From Seison nebaliae (taxonomy: Eukaryota): a stretch of DNA of 50,618 bases. Location of the stretch: positions 1 to 50,618 of the forward strand of contig JALJEE010000642.1 in the NCBI GenBank assembly GCA_023231475.1. The letters run 5' to 3'. The notes below the pieces were generated by a model. It did not search any database, was not told the DNA's origin, and worked only from the letters and a program-made list of their open reading frames with translations. Positions 1 to 12,742 of the stretch are shown in pieces (position 1 is the first letter of the stretch; every line of letters starts with the position of its first letter). The position numbers were made by a program, and so were the translations under genes.

Positions 1-411
1 GATAATTAATTGAACAATCTTATGATCAATTAATCTATAAATTAGATCAAAACATTAAACCTACCATGATAAATGTGGAATTTAATAAAACAATTTTGAA
101 AGATAAAAAAAGCGGCAAATCTTATTAAATCTGTTATAAATGATCCATGATTAGCATTAAGTACCTATTTTATTGTTATCAGTGTGTCATGGATTTTTTA
201 CCACCTATTATTGAAGTAGAAACTGCCGACGGTAGTCTTGACTTTAGAGTGATGTCCTCTCCGAAATGGAGTTAATATATGATTTTAGAGTGAATTCCTC
301 TCCGAAATCTAATAAAGTGGGTGAATTCCTCGCCGAAATTTTGAGTGAATTCCTCTCCGAAAACAAATAAGAGGGTGAATCAAAACACAGGGTGAATACC
401 GCTCCGCGACC
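1..411. mobile_element. Right part of a non-autonomous DNA transposon (MITE) with subterminal tandem repeats; same family as 43131-43924
   Basis: 1-230 aligns by eye with 43532-43760. GTGAATTCCTCTCCGAAA-like units recur over 249-363. It ends GGGTGAATCAAAACACAGGGTGAATACCGCTCCGCGACCC, nearly identical to the end at about 43885-43924. Confidence 0.8.
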
Positions 412-764
412 CCATATTGAGGCATCTCGTAAGGAAAAGGAGAGTATTGGTACTAATTTTAATATTATTATGCTCACTATTAACAATACTCATATTTGGA
501 TTCTTCGATTGTCAAACAATACTGACTGGAACGGTTGAAACAAATGATTGAATTTCTCCAACATTACTTTTCTAATCCGGACTTTTGGATTAAGTTTTCT
601 AAAAAAGGGATAAAAAATAAGTACTAAATTTGAAAGCTATTGATCATTTTCTCTTCGTTTCCACAATTTTTCTTATTTCACGATTTCATTTTCGTTTTCT
701 GAGAACGCTATGCAGATATTTAAATATGAAGTGCTTTAGTGTTTAATGATTTAGTGTTCTCTTA

Positions 765-1100
765 CAAGGGAATGGTACGCGTTCGCATCCGCCGTTTGAC
801 TCCAAAAAAATCATGAAGATAGGAAAAATAGCCGGTTTTTGGCCTTTTTTACTCTATATGTAGATGTAGATATGTATTCTTTTATATACAATTCTATATA
901 TATTTAATAATTTTTTATACAGAATTGTATATAGAAAATACATAGCTACATCTACATACGGAATAGAAAAAGGCCAAAATTCTGGTGTAATACTTCGACT
1001 AAAGATAAAAAAAATTTACACATCTCTATAGCTTTATTTTTCCTATCTCAATGATTTTTTTGGAGTCAAACGGGGGATGCGAACGCGTACCATTCCCTTG
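765..1100. mobile_element. Foldback MITE with TNA target-site duplication (Tc4/Tc5-like)
   Basis: Left TIR CAAGGGAATGGTACGCGTTCGCATCC, right end GGATGCGAACGCGTACCATTCCCTTG. The interior is also largely palindromic. Flanks are C-TTA[element]TTA-G, i.e. a CTNAG target. Confidence 0.9.
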
Positions 1101-1859
1101 TTAGTTAGAAACTTCTCTTTACTAAGCACCTTTCTCTCTTCATTATTAGATTTGGTATTAAAAAAAAATCGGGGATAGTTTTCTTTTTTCATATTTTCTT
1201 ACAGTTGGAAAGGGAACACTATAGTGTTCCTAGTTTAGTAATGGTTATGCTTTAAGCTTAAAATCGAGAAACCTGGGAGGTAAACTTGTATTAAATGAAA
1301 ACAAGAAACCCATTTTGTTTATTTTATTATTATTTTTACTAAATTGTTTCTAATTTCGAAAAATTAAAATATTCTACGATGCAAAAGTTTGAACTATAAT
1401 CTCGGACTAACTTAAAAAGTTCAGGAGTATAAGAGTTTGTTATTAGAAGCATAAATAGCAAATTGTTTAACATTCCAGTTGTTCAGAAGATTAGTAGATA
1501 TGACAGTTTCTAGTTCAACTTGGATAATATATCTGAAAGATTCATAATTCTTTATCTTCAGTTAATTCCATAAACTTTATTAACAATTAGTAATTAAATA
1601 ATCAGATTCAATTAAAAGATAAAAGTTCGACCATCCAACAATTCTGCTTAGGTACACTATTCATCATACACTACAATGAAGAGTTTCCGTCAAAGTTGTG
1701 GATTCATTAAAATTAATTTTCCTCTCAACAATATGAATATTTTATCCAATAACTAAAATTGCTAATAAGAAATGAAAGATAGAATTATTTTTACGTTCTT
1801 TCAGAAAAAATTTCACTAATAGACCAGTAGACAGACGAAAGAATCGAATATGATATTCA

Positions 1860-4800
1860 TTAACTTCGTAGTGGTTTATCGCTAAAATTGAAGTAACTTG
1901 ATAATTCTTCATATAAATACTAGAATAGACCTATCATAAATACGTCTTTAAAGTTTTCCATCAGAATTAGTTCAATTTCTTACTGTTGACAGCCTATTGG
2001 GACATGGCAGTGATAGTATCGATTACAAATGCCTCCCATTATCAAATGATATTCAGAAGCAAAATGAAATTCTTTAAATTTGCCTTATAGTGTTCTGACA
2101 TATCAGTATATCAGTGGTATATACGTATATCCGGTTTATATTTTAAAGAGAACACTAATCGTACATCAAAATTTTTATACAACCATTCCAAAATTAATTT
2201 CGAGAGACAATTTTGAACCATATTTCATTAATTTATTCCCATTTATCATCGAACAACAAATGCGTCGATTATAAAATAAAGAATATTTTACCGGTAACAT
2301 TAATGACCTCTGAATTCTCTTATGTGGTTCGTAATAATTTAAAGTTCTGGTTATGTCAATATGTCAAAGTCTGACTGTTGGAACGTTTAAGGAATGTATG
2401 GAGTATAAAACGTCTGCGCACATTCTATATGGTTGATATTATTATTCTCCGTCTTCTAACTTAATAATTCATTATTTTATGGGCTGGTCTACGAAATGAA
2501 TTGAATCATTTAGATAAATACTAAAAAATAAATAAATTAGAGAAAACAGGAGGAATGAATGAGTAATTCATTCATCTCATTTTCCTTCCTGACGCACCAT
2601 CAGTCGCTTTTCATTACAATTCTAAAGTGAGTAGTCTTTAATGAACGTACTAACGCCAAAAAGGAATTCAGTGGCATTTTTACTTAATTGAGTGTTGCTA
2701 CCGGCGATTGACACTATTAACTCGGAAGAATAAATGTGAGTTAAATGAAAACAGTTTATTTTGGTAGCTAATTTCTCATATAGTTCAACTAATGATTATT
2801 CATTATCTAATTCAACAATCATCAATTCTTTCTTCAATTTACAACTTCCCATTTCATCTCACACATAAAACAAAACAAATATTACGTAACAACCTCTTAT
2901 TTCCTAGACACTCGTCCAACGATTTATCGACTTCCTATTTTTCTTCAATAACATTCAAATTTCTTTTACTATTGCACTTCTACTTGTACAAACGGAAGAT
3001 TAAGTGCATCTTCACTTCCTACAAAAACGGACTTTTACTATCATATCCAAATTAACGGTTGGTCATACAACTCTCCGTCCATCTTATATTTTGTTTCAAA
3101 ATTACTAAAACATTTTCGTAATGAAAATTCGTTTCTTCTCATTTAATCTCTTCGTCCGGATTTTCCCATCTATGTTTTTCTTCCATTTTGTCTTCAAAAA
3201 TTATTTTGCCCATTACTATCTCACAACCAGATGAAAAGTAACATTCCATTCTATTTCTTAAAATTCCGTTTTCTATGTCATAATATGATCATATTACCAT
3301 TATATTAAGCTTCGTTAAATTTCATGTAATTTTTCTTTGTATTTTACATACAATTTTAGGTTACTTCACATATCTCATTTTCACAAATTAGAAAAAATAT
3401 CTGACTAATAATCAGTGATTATTAATTAATCTTTTAATTGTGCACATTAGGAAAGAAATCATTTGTCATTGATATGATCAATATAAATATATTTATATAT
3501 GACTTAATATATAAGATTACTTTGATATTTATCAAAAAAATATCAATTTTCTTTACGTATAAAAGTTAGGTCAAAGTTAACTTGTTGTAAGGAGGTCAAA
3601 GTTTTCATGGTGTGATGTTGTCCATACGGTATGAGGTCCTGAATAATTTTCACATAAAATTTGTTTCTAATTATACAGCTGTTCAAATTTGACGTTTTTA
3701 TCTTTTTCGATTATCAATCAGACAAAAATATAAACGAATATTCAACGACATTTTACTTTGACATTTTCGAGGATAGACATTCATCAACTGATAAACGCGC
3801 ATTTAAAACTTTATGACCAATGTAGAAGTTATTACTCGAGAAGTTTCGAGCACTTTCGCCTAAAGACATATTTAACTTTGGTTTCTTCTCTAATCCTTCC
3901 GCCGTAAACAATTATTGGAAATTAATCGTCGATAATTGTTCACCGTTATCGATACAGTAAGTAAGCGGTGTAATTAAAATAATTTGCCGGAAGACCATTT
4001 CGTAGTTGACGTCAAATGAACGTCTCCACATCAGCAAATGTCGCATCGATATAATCAAAGTACAATTTGAAAATTTTCTGTTCACAACGTCAACAAACGA
4101 AGTCAAAGTAGAAAAAATGAGTAGCAATATCCACAGTGGAGAGGAAGACGAAAGTCGATTTCATTCTTGCTCCAAGTATTTATCGTTCGAATTTCATATA
4201 GATCTTGTTAATAATTTTGACATGATCGGAGATCGGAAACTTTCTTTCTCTTATGGGCTTATTCTGTATGTCAATAAATTTCGATTCACATGAGCATCGA
4301 AGAATTATAAGTGTACGTATATTCACTATAATAATCGATTACATAAGCGTTCACATCTTTCTATTGGTTAATTTAGTTAGAAATGTACCGAATATTAGAA
4401 AAATGAGTGGAATAAAAGAAGAGAAAGAAGGAATGATATGTCAAAGTGAAATCGGAAATATTAGTTTGACATAAAACTAATGTTCGTCTTGCAATAATAT
4501 TTCCCAACATATTCTCCTGACTCTCCTGTACGTACTCAATGAACTCAAGCAATTTATGATACATTATTCCAAATATTGTGTGTGAATGAATTAGTTCAAC
4601 ATGTGAATGTTGTATGTAAAACACTTTTGGCGAAAGAATTAGATGTTGTTAGAAAAAGTTAAGCATGGTGCTTTATGATATGACTTGATTGACTCCAGAT
4701 CAGAATATGCATGAAATTAATTGTTGCTGCACAATCGGTTAATTCTGTTCTTCCGATTACTGTCAACAATAGATGAATAACTCAAACATAGAATTGATAA

Positions 4801-6139
4801 AAGGTATGAACTAGGGAAAATAAAGAAACTATTAAATTACACTATAATCTATCACTCAAGTGTTTAACGGATAATGGCTTTTCTATTTACTATCGAATAT
4901 GATGCGCCCTTTCTACTGTTCCAGTTGACTATTTGCTCATAAATTCATTTCACATACAACTCCAGTGACAGGTATATATCAATTGCTTTCTGTTTTTCAG
5001 ATAACTAACCTCCACACTTTTCCACATCCGAAAATTATTAGAGAAAAATTAATTATCATTCTCTCCTTAACCAAAATAAATTACTAAATTTTTTTATAGA
5101 AATTATACAAAACCTGGTGAGGGTTGGATTAAAATATTTTTAATTTAAATATAACAAATTGTTGATAGAATATGCATTTTGCGTGACATTTCAAAGAATG
5201 TCAATGTGAAATCTTTCAGTTATTGAAAGATAATCAATTGATTCACATCCAATTTTATATGTCATCGGAATATTTCTAATATGAACCGAAACGTAGCTAT
5301 CGTGCACAATGACGATGACGATGCATTCTCCTTTTGTAAACGTGTTAAATGAGAAATACCAAATATGAAGTTTAATTCTTTCTATCAATTCATTAAGTCC
5401 TAAATAATGAGAAGAAATTTTATAGTCGCGCTAATTCCTATGTATCACCTTCTTCTTTATACCATCCAAGTAAAGCTTCTCTTTTCATATCAACATCTCT
5501 AATCAACTGGATAATGTAGTAGGAAACATGGTTTATTATTTTATTAAATTTTTTTGTTGTCCAACCTTAAAAATACAAGATGTCCCAATTTGTTAAGCTT
5601 CACCTCAATTATCTTTCTCTAATGTGAATATCACGTTCGAATTGGAAGGAAGAGTTTATGATGTAAGAGAATGTTGTTATAACATTCCATAACTTCCAAA
5701 AATCGATAAGAAAAATGTAAAAAAATTCTTCATGTCAAAAATGATGAATCTATATATAAATGTTTAAATTTCATTTAAAAATGACATATCGCCTCCACAA
5801 CACCACTCGAAAAATTGCCTCTATCAAAACTTATCAATTATTTTTTTGAAAGATTGTTATAAACATTCCCAATTCATTGGCATACTAATCTATATCGGAT
5901 AATTCATCAAACTGAACTGTTAGTCGTGTTGATATAGCGTAGTTTCATAAACAAATAAAATTCTTAAATATTTATCTTAAGTAGATAGGACATGGTCTAT
6001 TCGAGGACAAAGAAGAATAACTGATTCGATATAAGAAGAAAATTGTTTGTTGTCTAATTCGCTAACAATGTCTACTCCGTTAATTGATAAGGTTGAACTG
6101 AAGATGTTTTTGGCTAATATTCTTCATGAAACATGTTAA
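1860..6139. pseudogene. Decayed coding-like fragments of unknown family
   Basis: Protein-like frames broken by stops and frameshifts. One example is minus-strand 5190-5520, which joins in frame across a short GT..AG intron (...ALLGWYKEE|GLNELIERIKLHIW...). Confidence 0.3.
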
Positions 6140-9100
6140 GTCGAAATTAGGGAATTTGTTATAATTTATATCATATTATCTAATAAACGATATGTGAAGT
6201 AAATTTAACAGTTCGTCATCTTAAAGAAATTAACTTTAAATTTACATTTATTTTATATATAAACAATTTATTATAGTTCTATGAGCATTGATGATTGTGT
6301 ATGGTTTGATAGAATTCCAGAAGGAATCTATGTGTATCCAAAATTGAGACATATCGATATTGAACAATGGGCATTCCCATATGACATACATGCGTGTATG
6401 CTCTATATATGTATAAATATAAGTACGAATGAATTTTTACTGAAACTATTTCAGTATTTTTGATTTCCTATTTTTCAGAAACTTTTATTCTTTTTTAAGA
6501 GAACTACTCATTTTCCTAATTCCTATTTTTCTAATAATCTCTTTCGAATATTATTCAATGAAGGGAAAAGTTGTTTATTCACATCTGTGTGTATGTCTGT
6601 GTGTGAGTGGCTGCTCTTGCGACGATCGAGACACGTACATGCTTTTTGCCTTTAGTTATCTCTCACTGTCAGTTACTAAAATGTATGTCATTTGTGCTGA
6701 TCGTTCAATTGTTGGATTCTGACCGACTGCTTGTCCACACATACTGACACTGACATTCATCTTTTGTTTGTTACGAAGAGATGGTGGTTTTTCATAAAAG
6801 AAAGTCCGTCTGAAGTTCAGTTCGGAAAGAAGAAAATTATTCAATTTGTATAAAAAATGTCATCTTTCAACATAGGAAAAATGCGTCTCCTAATCGATTA
6901 GATGCGGCAGATTGTTGTTGAGAGATTAAAGGAATGAAAGAAAGAAATTAATTTGATCTAATATAAGAAATATGTATGTCGTCAACGAGGAAATGACTTC
7001 GAAGTTATTTCTTAAAAGAAATCAATTAGCATTACTATTCTGTGAAGTCACCAAATGAAAAAGAAGGGGGGAGGCGTCTGCAATTTAAGAGACGCCACAC
7101 AAAACGGTTTGTTGAACGTCTATTCATAGTAAAGCGGCCGTTTCAGAAGAAATCAAAAAGGAGAATATTAAGGAATAATAATTACTAATAGAAACATGAA
7201 ATATCTATCATGTTATGTCAACAATAAGAAAGCTGAAAGGAGTTTTTTTTTGGTTGCAATTTTAAAGTTTTTCCATTTTCTATCACAGAACTTTGTAATT
7301 GTTGGACATATATTTGTCTATTATTATTATTTGTCTGTATGGGGAGATGTTAGTATGCGTAACTGTTTTCCTGATTTATATAAATGAATGAATGAAATAA
7401 TAAGTATATATCTCAATACACATGTATGCATTGGAAAGTGAGCGATGAGAGAAACATGTCATAACATAAAAACAGGCATCAACGACATGCTTCAACTCTC
7501 ATGTATGTTTTCGAATATATGAGTAGAAATGTTGACTATTTGATTTTGGAACGTTCATATGAATAGAAATCTTTTGACTGCCAAATTTATCTCTCTGCCG
7601 TTAAATAATTTTCTTCTTTTTCTACTTCTTCCTTCTCCGTCCATCTTCGATATGTTCCTTCAATAAGTTTAGTTTCATATTTCTTCTTCACTCTCCTCAT
7701 TCTCAAAACATTCCCTCTAGAACAAGAGGGTAAGATGTGCATTTATTGACGTATTTTTATGACTTTATGAAACGATGTATTCATTAGGATAATAAAGCGT
7801 AATATTAATCTAATAATTCTAATAAATTCCTCAAGTAACAGATCTCCTACATAATTCCGAATAATAAGTTAAACATTTTTAGTTTTATTGTTTTTTGGTT
7901 TTCGATTATTTGCTGACTAATGGCGGATTTCCCTAATCTAGTTCATACATTCAACTGTGAGCGCGCTTGTTATTAAATTAAATGTTTCTTTTTCTCAACT
8001 TTCTTCCAAATTTCATATTAGTCATGTTATTAATTAGGGGAAATAGATATATATATATATAGGTCGAAAACGATTATTTCTATACGTTCATTTCACATAT
8101 CGTTCATAAATTTGGATTGTCAATAAAGAGATCGAATAAGTGATTTGAATGTGAATGACTAAATATATATTGATGATTATGAGGCAGTGAAAATAAAAAA
8201 TCTTTGATGCATTAATCCTTCTTTGGTTAGGAAGTTTGAGGAATATGGTATAATCAGTTTTTAATGAAGAAAAATGGAGAATGATTAAAATCAACTTGGA
8301 AAGAATAATATTGTTTTGTGAATCATGTTGAATCCATCTCGATCAGCTGTCATTAATAATCGAGTTACAGGTAAATTCGCTTATGGAATAGGTATCAGAT
8401 CTAGAAGAAATAAGTTCAGTAGAACGTATTATGCGACAAATGTGAACGGCATCTGGTGCTCAAATAGTTTTGACATCGACATCATGTATCTTTAATTCAT
8501 AATCAAAATTTTTTTTTCTCGTTTTCATTTCTTAACAGTTCGTTTCTAATGATGGAAGAGATAAAAAATTAAAAGAATAATTTACAACATCTGGTGCTCA
8601 ATGACCGCATGAAATTGCAGAGCAATCATTGAGCAGTATTCTTTTTTCTTAAGACCTCATTTCATTGCCTACTGATGGAAGTGATAGGAAGTCAAGTGCT
8701 TCTTCAAACGCATTTTGAGAGGAACTTGTGAATGATATTCGTATTTGAGAATTAGAATATTGTCTCTACTTGTCATATAGTTGATGGGGAACCATGTCTT
8801 CTTTGTTTTCCTTTATTTTATGGTCTAACCAAAAATTTTTGAGAAAAACAACGTGGGACGTATCTTGACGAAATGTTGTTGTAGATGAACTATCAATTTG
8901 TTTTTCTTCCTCCAATTTCTTCGACACAGTTTCCATTGTCTAATTTTCTATTTTCTCATCTGCTCGACAATGGTTCTTTCATATGGATACTCGTCGGTTC
9001 TTTCTAAAATTTGATACTATTCTCATTTTGAAGTGATGTTCGAGTTCTTACTTTTCCGATACTTTTCGTAGTTCCTAATTATTTTATTATTATTATTATG

Positions 9101-12100
9101 TCGAAGATATGATAGAAACGAATATAAATTGTCTGTTAAAGAAACATCCTCCATTTTCAGAGAAGACGATCTGGGGACAGAAATTTCCGTGTTAACCAAT
9201 CATATTTCTCCTACGCCATATCATTTCCGTCTTCTCAATTTTATTTTCTTTTCAATTTCACAGTCTTCAAATAACTAACATCTTTTACGATTCTCTCATA
9301 AAACTTCTTCTTACTCATTACGTAAGTTGAAGTGGGGAAGAAGTACATCTTCCTTCAATTATAAGGGATTTTCACTCAGAGATGAATAGATGATATTGTT
9401 GAATCTTCATGAGACAGTGCTAAATTTTTAGATGGATTTATTTTTCTGAGACACCTAACAATCATGCACAGTTTGCACCTTTGTGATAAACGAGGACTAA
9501 TGTTAGAAAGTCTGTCTGTTAACTTTTGAGCGATATGTATGTTGACACATACTTACACGTTCGTCTCTATATCCGCATCTCTTTGTTCTATATACACACG
9601 CTTAAATCGGCTCCCTTCGCTCTTCCACATCAAATGGAGGATACTACATACTGGAAATAAACGGCATATTGGAAGACAAGAAAATAAATATTTTGATCCG
9701 TTTTAGGGCGGTATTGTCGGTAAAAGAACAGAATATTAATGATCTATTTAACAACAACGTCATATGTACATGACTTGAAGGAGTTTTTGTCAGACTTACA
9801 GTAATTTTCTTGCAACACTTTATTTTCTCCAAATATTTTTTTTTTCAATATCAATTCTCGATTTCTTGCATTTATGTTGGAAAACGAACCATTATTATTT
9901 TTTCTCCATCAATAATTGTAATTTTAAAATGATGATACATTTCCATCGCCTATTCTTCGAATTTTAAATACTTTATTCATTTTTCTCATTAGTTTGAATG
10001 GGGCGAGAAAACTATAAGTTTTCAATAAAGGACGCCTCATCATTTGTGTTAGAGATTGAAGAAAAAGAATGAAGGATTTTTTGTCTGGGTGTTGAGGATG
10101 AAGGTCTCCTATATGATTTTATGAGTTTCATGTTGTAAGTTACATGAAGACGTTGGTGTCTAGAGAAATACGTTAGTTTCCCATCTCAAATTATTCGTAT
10201 ATCATGTGTTGTTATTCCTTCTTTCTTTAGTGTCAAATAACGAAGATATTTGATTTTGAGAATTAATGATAATTTATCTATACACACTTTAGTAACTATT
10301 ACTTACATAATTGCTTTTGTTTAATGAAATTAATCGTCATTACTTTCCGTTTTGACGTAATCATATGAATAATATCTAGAACATTTTCCTGCCACATCAA
10401 TCGATTGAATGATTATTTTTAATGCAACATAATCTCAAACTAATTTTATATAATATTGACAGATCACATTAATGAGTACAAAATGTGTCCTTTGACATAT
10501 ATCACTCCCTTTTCAGCACATGATATGACGATGAATTTTATTTAAACATCGTTCATGAAAGGCGATGCGAATCCATTTGAAGTCAGCGAATTTGGTTGGC
10601 TGAGCGAAATGAGAAATATTCTTTGAAGTACACCCACTTCGTTTAGTAAATATCACGAGTGTGAAGTGTTGGGAGGAGGGAGGTAGGTAGTTGAGGAAAG
10701 CAATATATGAATAAAAGTTGATGCTTTTCTTTCCTTTCTTTTAGTTGGTAAGGAGTAGTTCACATAAAATAACAGGAAGAAGCATATCAATGAAATGATT
10801 GTATGCTTTCTAATCTTTCTATTACACTTTTCATCATATTTACAATTCTTACGTAAGTAACTAATATTTTAAAAGGATTTCTACGGAGAAGAAGAAGGTG
10901 ACGCATATGCAAATTTCAGTCTATCACTTATCAACGAGAATGTTTGCTTAAGTCAGCAATAAATCTGTTTTGTTGTCTTGAAAGAAAATTCGAGAGTTTC
11001 ATTTTTCGACTTCATTCTCGTCAGTTCACTTATCTCTCGAACCATTTTCGTTCATGAAGTTTCATTAACTCCGTGTTATCAATCATTTCTCCAAACTTGA
11101 ATTTGAAACTAATCGGATATCTTAAAGATATATATCAATTCCATCGTTTTCCTTTCTTCGTTCGTGTCTATGTAAATAGAGGCAGACGAATAAGTCGAGT
11201 GGAAGAGAATGATATTGGAAAATATTTGGATATTGTGTGGGAGAAATGTTTTGACGGAACATCGATTAGTGAACATTAGAGTAAGCTCTAAAATAACAAA
11301 CACTAGTAGAGGAATTGGCTAAAGTGAATGGCATTGTACCAATTAAAGATTTGCACAAATAACTTTTTCTTATTGTACTTCTCCCGTTGGTATTTGGCAG
11401 CGAACAAATAAATTTTTCTCATCAGATGTTCTGTAAATTATTTTGACGTACTATCTTCGCTTATTGATGTGCAGACTAGAAGCATAAATGGTCGATAACA
11501 ACTGTAACGTATGGAAAGAGAGGAAAAGAAGATGATGATTAGACAGCGGCTTTCGATGTTCGTATATTCCTTCTTTTTATGCAAATAACAGATTAATTGT
11601 TCTTCTGTTTGAAAGGCAAATGAAGCGTTTACTGAAAAATGAATGTTCGCTTCAATTTACCGAATTAGTTCTCCAGTTGAAGAGAATGGTAAGAAGGAAA
11701 ATAAGAAGTCGATGGTGAAGTAGTAGGAATTTCTGTTTGTCTATCCGCTTTCTAAACATCATGCTCCATGATGCTCTTTATCGTTAAGAATTATTATATT
11801 ATGAAATTCAATTAATTAATTTCAAATATTTAATTGGAAAATTATTAAGTATTTAAAATTTTGAAATCGTACGCACTTTCGAAGTTCGTCTTTCATAGAT
11901 TTCATCTGATTTCATGATGGTTAATTCTCTGATGAAAATTTTCTTCAAGTTTTTTCCTTGTTCGTCAATTTATTTCCAAACAACAATGATAATTATTATT
12001 TCTTTCTTTTAATTTTGAAATGAGTTAGCATGAATGATTTGAGACGCGATTGACGAAGATGAGAAATTGAAGTGGAAAAGATGATTGAGCAATGGGAAAA

Positions 12101-12742
12101 TTGGGCAATAATCAGTTACATGTAAATGATGAGGATAGACAGATGCATTTTACTTTATGTATATGGGATGGAGGTATGTATGACGTAATGAATCGATGAA
12201 ATTTAATAGAAATTAGAAGATAATGTAGAATAAATAAATTAAATCATCATCATCATCTTCATCAATATATATCTGAAAAGAAATGGATATAATATTAGTT
12301 ATTATTTATTGAATTGTTCCATTTTCATCCTATACAAATATTTCATGATTAGAATATGAAAATCGTAGGAGAAATTAATGATGATGATGATGATGAGGAA
12401 TGATGAAAATGGTAGAATGGGAGAACTTTTACGTTCTTCCATTCTCTTCATCATAGATATGTTTATTTTATGTTTTATCAATGTGTGAGGAAGATAAAAG
12501 GAGAGAATGAGGATTGCTCACAAATCGACAAATTAGTCTATTGCTGATCAATAAAATGAAATCGACATTTATATTGGATTGGTGAAATTTTCTTCTGAAA
12601 AACATCTCTCGATTAATAATTCACGTTTATCTAATATTTTCTTTTTTTCTTTCATTAGAATTTTCTTTCTGTATATTCTACTTATTGGAACGACTGAGAT
12701 TTGTAGATAGTTATTGTATGAAATATTCATATTCTATTTCAA

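Noticed and set aside
249..400. CRISPR-like repeat-spacer pattern (also 43200-43310 and 43788-43880)
   Set aside because: Eukaryotic context, no cas genes, short irregular spacers, and the arrays are inverted at the two ends of a dispersed element.
2850..5700. Possible stop-codon reassignment suggested by in-frame stops
   Set aside because: Frameshifts accompany the stops, and intact genes use TAA (e.g. STIP1) and TGA (IFT20) as normal stops, with no internal stops in long ORFs.
7255..7305. miR-2-like seed TATCACAG in a hairpin
   Set aside because: The seed falls in the unpaired loop, and the rest does not match miR-2.
8650..8936. Minus-strand frame of about 95 codons with one internal TAG (METVSKKLEEEKQ...)
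   Set aside because: No recognisable homology or splice support; may be chance or a pseudogene.
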